From: Archangiaceae bacterium | GTDB taxonomy: Bacteria; Myxococcota; Myxococcia; Myxococcales; Myxococcaceae | Reading direction: 5' to 3' | DNA length: 16,560 nucleotides | Assembly: GCA_043750125.1 (NCBI GenBank) | Contig: JAYVCD010000166.1 | Location: 1 to 16,560, forward strand | Part shown: positions 8,907-15,568 of the stretch, in pieces | Numbering within the stretch: position 1 is the stretch's first letter | Layout: the number at the start of each line of letters is the position of its first letter | Program-made: the position numbers and the translations under genes | The notes under the pieces: model-generated | What the model was told of the DNA's origin: nothing | The model's input: the letters and a program-made list of their open reading frames with translations, nothing else | Database searches by the model: none

Positions 8907-9379
8907 GCGTCCTTCCGACGGCGCTTCAAGATCGCCTGCCCTTTCTTCGCGCGGGTCCAGGTTCCCGACCGGCCCCCGCTTTTGTGTTCCAGCTGGACGT
9001 TCTCGATCACCATTCCGCGATCTACCGATTTGAGCATGTCGTACACCGTGAGGGCCGCGGCACAGACGGCGGTGAGGGCCTCCATCTCGACCCCGGTGCG
9101 CCCGACGGTCTTCACCGTTGCGATTATCTCCACTCCAATCACCACCGGGTTGACTTCCATTTCGACGCCCGACAGCTCGATCGGGTGACAGAGCGGGACG
9201 AGGTCCGGAGTGCGCTTGGCGGCCATCACCCCGGCCAGACGGGCGGCGGCGAGCACATCTCCTTTCTCGACTTTCCCCGCCCGGATGATCAGCAGGGTCT
9301 CGGGATTCATTCGCACCCGCGCGGTCGCGGTGGCGACGCGCTGGGTGATTTTCTTACTGCCTACGTCCACCATTCTCAT
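8903..9379 (-). CDS. moaC: Cyclic pyranopterin monophosphate synthase MoaC
   Basis: Motifs MVDV..K, KGDVLAAARLAGVMAAKRT..LVPLCHPI, TGVEMEALTAV, YDMLKSVD, KSGGRSG. ATG 9379 has a GAGGG RBS; 9397 is an alternative start. Confidence 0.95.
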   Translation of the reverse strand: MRMVDVGSKKITQRVATATARVRMNPETLLIIRAGKVEKGDVLAAARLAGVMAAKRTPDLVPLCHPIELSGVEMEVNPVVIGVEIIATVKTVGRTGVEMEALTAVCAAALTVYDMLKSVDRGMVIENVQLEHKSGGRSGTWTRAKKGQAILKRRRKDA

Positions 9380-9451
9380 GGCTGCCCTCTGTAGCATCGG
9401 CGGGCAGCGCGCACTTCAGGTGCGAAGGCGTCCCCCCCCCCCTCATCCTCT

Positions 9452-10375
9452 TCAGTCGTCGAGAATGAACTTACGCGGGTTCTGGGCGATGCCGTTGACC
9501 CTGACTTCGTAATGGAGGTGAGGCCCGGTCGACCTGCCCGTATTGCCCAGCCCGGCGATCAACGCACCGCGCTTGACCTTGTCGCCCGCCTTGACCCGAA
9601 TCGAAGACAGGTGGCCGTAGCGGGTCTTGATCCCGTAGCCATGGTCGATCACCAACACGTTGCCGTAGCCGCCTTCGAGGCCGGCGAACACCACGGTGCC
9701 GTCCGACGGAGCGATGACTTCCTTCCCATGCGGCCCTGCGATGTCGAGGCCGGCATGCATCACGCGTTCTGCGGTGTACGGGTCGAGGCGGGTGCCAAAG
9801 TCACTGGTGACCCAGCCGCGCACCGGCCACACCGAGGGGGTCGAAGCCAACAGGCTCTTCTGGTCCTGAAAGTAGGCTTGCAGCTCTTGCAGGCTCTGCT
9901 CTTGCCTTGTGGCCTCAGCGCCGGCCTTGTCGAGCTTCTCGACCAGCGCCCGCGGGGTCTCAGGAGCGCGCGCACGCAGAAACTGGTTGTCACCCGAGGC
10001 AGAAACCTTGGACTCGGGGGACTCTTCGGTCGGCCCCATCGCGAGGTTCCGCTGGGGGTCGGAGAGCAAGGTGATCGCCCGCAGCTTCTGATCGAAGCGC
10101 TCGACCCGGTCGAGGGTCGCCCCGATGTGCTCGAGCCGCTCGCGAACGGCCAGCAGCTCGCTCTTGAGCTTCAGGTTCTCATCGCGCAGCGCAGGATTTT
10201 CGCCCGCCTGCCCGACCACGTTGAAATAGTGGGCACAGGCCGCAACGGTCACGAGCACGACGACGCTCAAGAACCCCGCAATCTGAAACAACCGCTTCTT
10301 CTGAAGCTTGAAGCGCCTGACTTCCGCCCCGTGATGATCGGGGACGACGATCAGCGTGAAGGTCTCGTTGGCCAA
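9452..10375 (-). CDS. M23 family metallopeptidase with N-terminal TM helix and coiled coil
   Basis: HAGLD (HxxxD), YGHL and STGPHLHYEVR (HxH) motifs. TM segment near aa 29-50. TTG start preceded by AGGGGA. Confidence 0.93.
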   Translation of the reverse strand: MANETFTLIVVPDHHGAEVRRFKLQKKRLFQIAGFLSVVVLVTVAACAHYFNVVGQAGENPALRDENLKLKSELLAVRERLEHIGATLDRVERFDQKLRAITLLSDPQRNLAMGPTEESPESKVSASGDNQFLRARAPETPRALVEKLDKAGAEATRQEQSLQELQAYFQDQKSLLASTPSVWPVRGWVTSDFGTRLDPYTAERVMHAGLDIAGPHGKEVIAPSDGTVVFAGLEGGYGNVLVIDHGYGIKTRYGHLSSIRVKAGDKVKRGALIAGLGNTGRSTGPHLHYEVRVNGIAQNPRKFILDD

Positions 10376-10487
10376 AAGGCGTTCCCCTGAGTCAGTCGAA
10401 TCTAAACGGCCGCGAATACTGGATCACCAGTACAACGCGACGCAACAACAAAGCCAGTGTGTGTGACCCGGGAGTGACAGCGAAGTT

Positions 10488-11273
10488 TTACTCGACCGAC
10501 TTGACGACAATCACGGTGATGTTGTCGTCGCCGCCACGCTCATTGGCCAGTTCTATCAGCTTCTTAGGTGCGTCCTTGATGTCGTGCGCACTGACCAGCT
10601 CGCGGATTTCCTTGTCTTCGACCAGGTTGGCCAGACCGTCCGAGCAAAGTATGAAAAAATCGCCGGGCTCGGTGACCAGGCCCATCACGTCGACCTGCAC
10701 TTCCTCTTCGAACCCGACTGACCGGGTGATGATGTTCTTGTAGCGCGAGTGCCGCGCCTCTTCAGGGGTGATCATCCCCGCCTTGATCTGCTCGTTGACA
10801 AGCGAATGGTCTTCGCTGATCTGCTGAATGAGATCGCCGCGGACCAGATAGGCCCGGCTGTCCCCGACATGAGCGAACAACGCGTGGTTGTTCTTCACGC
10901 ACAGAGAGATGACGGTGGTGCCCATCCCGTTGAGGCGGGGATCTTCCTGGGCGGCTTTGAAGATTTCCATGCACGCGCGCTCGACTGCGCCGCGCAGGAA
11001 CTCAGGCAGTGGAGAATCCTGGAGGTTGGTGTCGGCCTTGAAAGGATTGTCGGTGGCGTCTTTGACCCGCCGCAATTCCTTGTCGATCGTCTCGACTGCG
11101 ATTCGAGACGCGGTGCCACCGCCTGCATGGCCTCCCATTCCGTCGGCCACCACGAAGAGCTGCAGCTCCTCATCAATGAGGAAGCTGTCCTCGTTGTGGT
11201 TGCGTTTTCTGCCGACGTCGGTGAGCCCCGACGAGATCGCCTTCAATCGTGAGGCCCCATCGGTCCGTGACAC
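10488..11273 (-). CDS. PP2C/PPM family Ser/Thr protein phosphatase (Stp1/PrpC-like)
   Basis: Motifs TDVGRKRNHNED, VADGMGGH, GMGTT, HVGDSRAY, LCSDGL, GGDDNIT. The start is reassigned to in-frame GTG 11273 because the listed 11474 start overlaps recN. Confidence 0.93.
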   Translation of the reverse strand: MSRTDGASRLKAISSGLTDVGRKRNHNEDSFLIDEELQLFVVADGMGGHAGGGTASRIAVETIDKELRRVKDATDNPFKADTNLQDSPLPEFLRGAVERACMEIFKAAQEDPRLNGMGTTVISLCVKNNHALFAHVGDSRAYLVRGDLIQQISEDHSLVNEQIKAGMITPEEARHSRYKNIITRSVGFEEEVQVDVMGLVTEPGDFFILCSDGLANLVEDKEIRELVSAHDIKDAPKKLIELANERGGDDNITVIVVKSVE

Positions 11274-11280
11274 GCGCGGA

Positions 11281-11309
11281 ATGGTAGGCGAGGGTTCCGA
11301 TCGCAGCAA
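11281..11309 (-). promoter_or_regulatory. Putative sigma70-type promoter for the PP2C gene
   Basis: Minus strand TTGCTG (11309-11304), a 17-nt spacer, then TACCAT (11286-11281), located in the recN-PP2C gap. Confidence 0.6.
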
Positions 11310-11319
11310 CCAAACTTTC

Positions 11320-13041
11320 TCAGGCGGTACGTCGAATCTCCTTTCTTGCTCTGGCACGGGTGACTCGCGCGACGGCCGAGTGGGCTGACCGGAGCAGGGC
11401 TTGAGCGGCAGAAAGGGCCTCTCGCGTGACTTCCACCCCTGAGAGCATTCGGGCCAGCTCTCCCGCCCGGGCATCCGTTTCGCTCAGCGAACAGACGCTG
11501 GCGTGGGTGCGACCCCGGCTGTCGGTCTTTTCGACCTTCAGATGTGCGTCGGCGTGCGCGGCGACCTGCGGGAGGTGGGTGATGCAAAGAACCTGTCGGT
11601 GCCGGCTGACTTCCTTGATCAGCCGACCGACTACGTCGGCGACCGCGCCTCCGACTCCGGCATCGGCTTCATCGAACACCGTGCAGACGCACTCATCGGA
11701 CTCGGCGAGCGCGGCCTTGATCGCCAACATCACCCGCGACGCTTCTCCTCCCGAGGCGACCTTGGCCAGAGGGCGCAGGGGCTCTCCGACGTTGGCGCAA
11801 AAAAGCAGCTCAACTCCGTCGGCCCCGGCCGGCCCCAGGGCCACTGCATCGAGCTGCACTTCGAAGCGCGCCTTGGCCATGGCCAGCTTCTTCAGCCGTT
11901 CGGACACGGCCTCGACCAGGGCTGAAGCGGCCGTTCTTCGCGCGGCGGTGAGGCAAGCCGCACACGCCGTTGCGTCCCCCACCGCCTTGAGCCTCTGGGT
12001 TTCGAGCTCAGCGCGCCGTTCGGCCCGATGGAGCAGCCCCTGTAACTCGACTGCAAGGCTGTCGCGTCGGGCGAGCACTCCTTCCAGCGCAGCGCCATGC
12101 TTGCGCGACAACCGGCGCAAGGCGTCGAGACGATCGTCGAGCACTGCCAGCCGGCTGGGATCTGCTTCGAGCGCGCTGAGGTAGCGCGAGAGGCTGCGGG
12201 CGGACTCTTCGAGCTCGGCCTGGGCCGCGACCAACCGTTCGCGGGGTGCGCTCAACCCGGAATCGATCTTCTCGGCGTCCGAAACCGCCGCCAGGGCGCG
12301 CCCGGTCAGATCAAGCGCCGAGGCCTCGCGGGTCGAGACCAGCTCTTCGGCCAGCGCGGCCAGCTGTCGCAACCGCTGGCTGGCCTTGAGCCTTCGCTGC
12401 TCGGCCTCGAGCTGCACATCTTCGCCGGGACGGGGATCCACCTTGTCGATCTCATCGAGTTGGTACCGCAGGAAATCAGCCCGCACCTGCACCTGGGTCT
12501 CGTCCCCGCCCAGGCCTTCGCGTTCCTGGTCGATTCGACTGAGCGTGGCGAAAGCTTCCTTGTACCGCTCGGACGCGCGGGCGACCCACTCGCCGCCGAG
12601 CCTGTCGATCAGCGCGCAGTGGCGGGCCGCATCGAACAAGGCGAAGTGTTCGTGCTGCCCCGCTACGTCGACGAGCCCGTGCATCAGGCGCCCGAGAACG
12701 CCGACGGCCACCAGCGCTCCGTTGACGTGAACTTTGCCGCGGCCATTGCGACCGACCAACCGCCGCACGCTGACTTCCGAGCCGAGGTCGGGAAGGCCGA
12801 GCTCCGAAAGGCGCGCGCCCATCGCAGCGGACCGCTCGAACACCCCCTCGACTACCGCTTCTTCGGCCCCCGAGCGGACGGTCTGCCCATCGGCCCGCGC
12901 CCCGGACAACAGCGCGAGCGCGTCGATCAGCATCGACTTCCCCGCGCCGGTTTCGCCGGTCAAGACCGTCAGCCCCGGCCCGAAGGCGACTTCCGCCTCT
13001 TCAATCACCGCAAAGTTCGACAACCGCAGCGACAGCAACAT
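11320..13041 (-). CDS. recN: DNA repair protein RecN
   Basis: Walker A LTGETGAGKS, Q-loop GQHEH, long coiled coil, signature ASGGEASR, Walker B VFDEADAGVGG, CITHLPQVAA. RBS AGGAGG at 13049-13054. Confidence 0.97.
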   Translation of the reverse strand: MLLSLRLSNFAVIEEAEVAFGPGLTVLTGETGAGKSMLIDALALLSGARADGQTVRSGAEEAVVEGVFERSAAMGARLSELGLPDLGSEVSVRRLVGRNGRGKVHVNGALVAVGVLGRLMHGLVDVAGQHEHFALFDAARHCALIDRLGGEWVARASERYKEAFATLSRIDQEREGLGGDETQVQVRADFLRYQLDEIDKVDPRPGEDVQLEAEQRRLKASQRLRQLAALAEELVSTREASALDLTGRALAAVSDAEKIDSGLSAPRERLVAAQAELEESARSLSRYLSALEADPSRLAVLDDRLDALRRLSRKHGAALEGVLARRDSLAVELQGLLHRAERRAELETQRLKAVGDATACAACLTAARRTAASALVEAVSERLKKLAMAKARFEVQLDAVALGPAGADGVELLFCANVGEPLRPLAKVASGGEASRVMLAIKAALAESDECVCTVFDEADAGVGGAVADVVGRLIKEVSRHRQVLCITHLPQVAAHADAHLKVEKTDSRGRTHASVCSLSETDARAGELARMLSGVEVTREALSAAQALLRSAHSAVARVTRARARKEIRRTA

Positions 13042-13052
13042 GGTGCCCGCCT

Positions 13053-13092
13053 CCTGACGCGTGTTCAGTGGATACTGAACACCCTATCAGTA
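13053..13092. promoter_or_regulatory. Tandem putative LexA (SOS) operators upstream of recN
   Basis: TACTG-AACACCCTAT-CAGTA at 13073-13092 has CTG-N10-CAG spacing and reads CTGATAGGGTGTTCAG on the minus strand. CCTGACGCGTGTTCAG lies at 13053-13068. Both contain the GTTCAG half-site of the M. xanthus LexA consensus CTRHAMRYBYGTTCAGS. Confidence 0.75.
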
Positions 13093-13126
13093 CGGGCTGA
13101 CATCCGGACACCGCCCTGACGTTTCG

Positions 13127-14434
13127 GAGTGCGCGACCAAATTGAGATTGCGGCCTGATTACGGGGGGATCCCAAAAACGCTTGCGGCGTGATCTGACGC
13201 CCTCATCGGGAGGGCGAAATGCCGCGACGGAAGACGAGGAAGTTGGCTGCGAGCACCCAGGCGCCACAGGATGGATCGACGCTTGGGCACATGAGTGATG
13301 CCGAGCTGTTGAAGGAGCTTGCGCGTCGTCGCGCTGCACGAGGGCGGTTTATGACCCTCGATGACATCGAGTCCTTCATCGAGGTGGATCAACAAGATGC
13401 GTCTCAAGAGGAACTCGTCGCCGTTGTCGAAGGGCTTCCGCCAGAAGACCTGACTTCGAAGCCATGCCCAAAGTGCGGTGGTTTGGTTCCAATGAAGGCG
13501 CGCAACCGCGTGCGCCACTTGATGACGACGGCGGGCGAGCTGCGCCTCTCGCGCAACTACCACTACTGCAAGACCTGCCAGAGCGGCTTCCACCCGCGGG
13601 ACATCGAGCTGAAGCTGCCTGAAGAAGGCGAGGTCTCGGACGCGATGGAGAAACGCATCCTCGACTTCGCGGTGAACACCTCTTTCGGAGAATCCGCTGA
13701 GCGGTGGGGCGTTCACTACCCTTTCCCCATCTCAGCCAACCTGTTTCGCCGGGTCGTGAATCGCGTAGGCCGACGACGTGAACAGGCGCACAGCCTGCTC
13801 GCGCTGCAGCAGGCTGCTTTGCCCTCACCTCAGTACCCGCCGAAGTCGCTGGTGATTGCCGGCGATGGCAGCATGTTGCTGACGCACCAGGGCTGGAAAG
13901 AGGCCAAGGTTGCCGTCGTTGCTCGCGGTGAGAGCATCATCCCCGGCCTGGCTGACTGGCAGTTGCGCATCCGACAGCTCGTCGAAGCCAACTCGCCTGA
14001 CGCCGCCATCCGCGAGTTGCTCGACTGTCTGCCCTTCACCACCACCGATGACCAACTCGCCGCGCTCGACTCTCTCGTCCGCTACTACCGCAACAACGAA
14101 AAGCGCATGCGCTACACCGCGTTCCGCGAAGCCGGCCTGCCCATTGGCTCCGGCATCGTCGAGAGCGCCCATAAGCACATCCTTCAGGCCCGCATGAAGC
14201 AAGCGGGCCAGCGCTGGTCGATGCTCCGTGGCCGTCGCATGGTCCAACTTCGCGCTCTCTACCGCACCGCAGGCCCGCGCCGCTTCCACTGGGCCATCCG
14301 CGAAGCGCTGAAGGTCCCGCCCTCCCGCCCCCACACCGCGGTGCCCAACGCTCCGCGCCGTGTGAAACGCGACTTCGTCCCGACCGCCATCAGCCTCTAC
14401 AACCGCAGCCGCGCCTCAAATTGATCGCGCACTC
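13127..14434 (+). mobile_element. ISKra4-like insertion sequence, 1308 bp, probably defective
   Basis: Left TIR GAGTGCGCGACCAAATTGAG (13127-13146) matches the reverse complement of the right TIR, GAGTGCGCGATCAATTTGAG (14415-14434), at 18/20. Flanks GACGTTTCG (13118-13126) and GACGTTTTC (14435-14443) form an imperfect direct repeat. Confidence 0.85.
13219..14424 (+). CDS. ISKra4/UPF0236-like DDE transposase, apparently with an in-frame internal deletion
   Basis: CPKC...RNYHYCKTC zinc motif, first catalytic motif IAGDGSM..WKEAK, and C-terminal GLPIGSGIVESAHKH..QARMKQAGQRWS. The usual central DGA.WI / LD..HA segment is absent. The stop codon lies inside the right TIR. Confidence 0.82.
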   Translation: MPRRKTRKLAASTQAPQDGSTLGHMSDAELLKELARRRAARGRFMTLDDIESFIEVDQQDASQEELVAVVEGLPPEDLTSKPCPKCGGLVPMKARNRVRHLMTTAGELRLSRNYHYCKTCQSGFHPRDIELKLPEEGEVSDAMEKRILDFAVNTSFGESAERWGVHYPFPISANLFRRVVNRVGRRREQAHSLLALQQAALPSPQYPPKSLVIAGDGSMLLTHQGWKEAKVAVVARGESIIPGLADWQLRIRQLVEANSPDAAIRELLDCLPFTTTDDQLAALDSLVRYYRNNEKRMRYTAFREAGLPIGSGIVESAHKHILQARMKQAGQRWSMLRGRRMVQLRALYRTAGPRRFHWAIREALKVPPSRPHTAVPNAPRRVKRDFVPTAISLYNRSRASN

Positions 14435-14499
14435 GACGTTTTCAAAAAAAGAGCAGCGACCCGGGACGCCGATGCCATTTCCAGCGCCGGCCTGGAATC

Positions 14500-14783
14500 G
14501 TGCCGGGGAAGATCGGGCATGGCGGTTGCTCACCGTCCAGCGTGGCTCAAAAAGCAAATCCGGCCTTGTTGGCCAACGCGGATTACTACGGGACTCTGGC
14601 GGCGGCTCGAAGCCTCGGGCGCTACGGAGTTCCCGTCACCGTCGCCCACGACAACCACCTGGGGCGGCCTCGTGGTCCCGCTTCATGAGTTGGCTGATGG
14701 CGTTCGGGGCGGCCCACCCGGGGTACGTGCTCTACTCGACCAGCGACGACGCCGCGTTCATCTACTCGGCCCACCGCGAACAA
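14500..14783 (+). pseudogene. Remnant of the N-terminal region of an ATP-grasp (carboxylate-amine ligase-like) gene
   Basis: ALLANADYYGTLAAARSLGRYGVPVTVAHDNHLG, then a frameshift at the G-run 14661-14664, then AASWSRF|MSWLMAFGAAHPGYVLYSTSDDAAFIYSAHRE. This matches the recalled pattern 'LAA.RSLGR.GV.V...WSR....VL.PTSD'. No ATP-grasp core follows. Confidence 0.65.
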
Positions 14784-15067
14784 GGAGAGGAAGACCTGAC
14801 CTGGAACCCCGCGCACCGCGAGGTGAAGGTCAGGCGCACGGTCAACGCCGCGCCGGACCCCGAGTGGGTGGCCGCCCTGGTGGCGCAGCTGAACGGGGGG
14901 GGGCGAACTGGCTGCGTCACCCGGAATTTTCAGCCTTGCTGCAGACCACGACGACCCCGCAGAAAAACGTGCCGAGCCGACGCCCGGCGGCCCAGGTCAC
15001 CCGAGCTGCACCGCCGACACCTGCACGCCCAGCGCTTGTCCGTTCAAAGCGATGCGTCCGCGATCCG

Positions 15068-15559
15068 TCACTTGAGGTGCGTGCCGTGGGTTCCCGCGGC
15101 AGTGGTGATCGAAATCACCGGCCCGATGCTGGCGTTCTTCAGGTCGGTGTAGAGCTGGTAGACGAACCGGGTATCGAGGTGACCGTCGTCGAGGACTTCG
15201 AAGCGGGCGGCGCTGACGCCCAGCTGGTCTGCGTCTTTCACCACCGTGCCCGTCTCGGGAATCAACGGAATGACAGCGCCCGCCGCCAGCCCGCACAGCG
15301 GAGCAGCGGAGGAAAGGGCAGCCACCTTCCCCACCAACGGCAGCGCGACGTTGCAGCCACCCCCGACGTGCCAGACGACCAGGTCACTCGAGGCGGTGGC
15401 CGCGAGGTCGAGATCGAAGGTGACCATTTTCTTCGTCGGCCCGGTGGCCGTGGGAATCGTGGCCTCGAGCGCGTAACGCCAGGTGCCGATCACCGGAGAC
15501 CCCGGGCCGCAGCCGAGGGCGAAGAGCATCGTCACGAAAGCGAATGAGCGGGAGCGCAT
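15068..15559 (-). CDS. Hypothetical lipoprotein, 163 aa
   Basis: MRSRSFAFVTMLFALG-C is a positively charged N-terminus, hydrophobic core and lipobox. It begins 9 nt after the permease stop, on the same strand. Confidence 0.75.
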   Translation of the reverse strand: MRSRSFAFVTMLFALGCGPGSPVIGTWRYALEATIPTATGPTKKMVTFDLDLAATASSDLVVWHVGGGCNVALPLVGKVAALSSAAPLCGLAAGAVIPLIPETGTVVKDADQLGVSAARFEVLDDGHLDTRFVYQLYTDLKNASIGPVISITTAAGTHGTHLK

Positions 15560-15568
15560 GGGGAGGCC

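Noticed and set aside
11274..11474. 67-aa N-terminal extension of the PP2C ORF
   Set aside because: It overlaps the recN 3' end, does not resemble PP2C, and contains a good promoter candidate.
8292..13119. Long plus-strand ORFs (8292-9188, 9512-10390, 11426-12184, 12097-13119)
   Set aside because: They are antisense to well-supported genes, have no recognisable motifs, and are expected in high-GC DNA.
14421..15547. ORFs 14421-15152 and 14519-15547 as intact genes
   Set aside because: The first starts inside the IS TIR and only its middle is protein-like (pseudogene debris). The second is Arg/Pro-rich, off-frame, and antisense to the lipoprotein gene.
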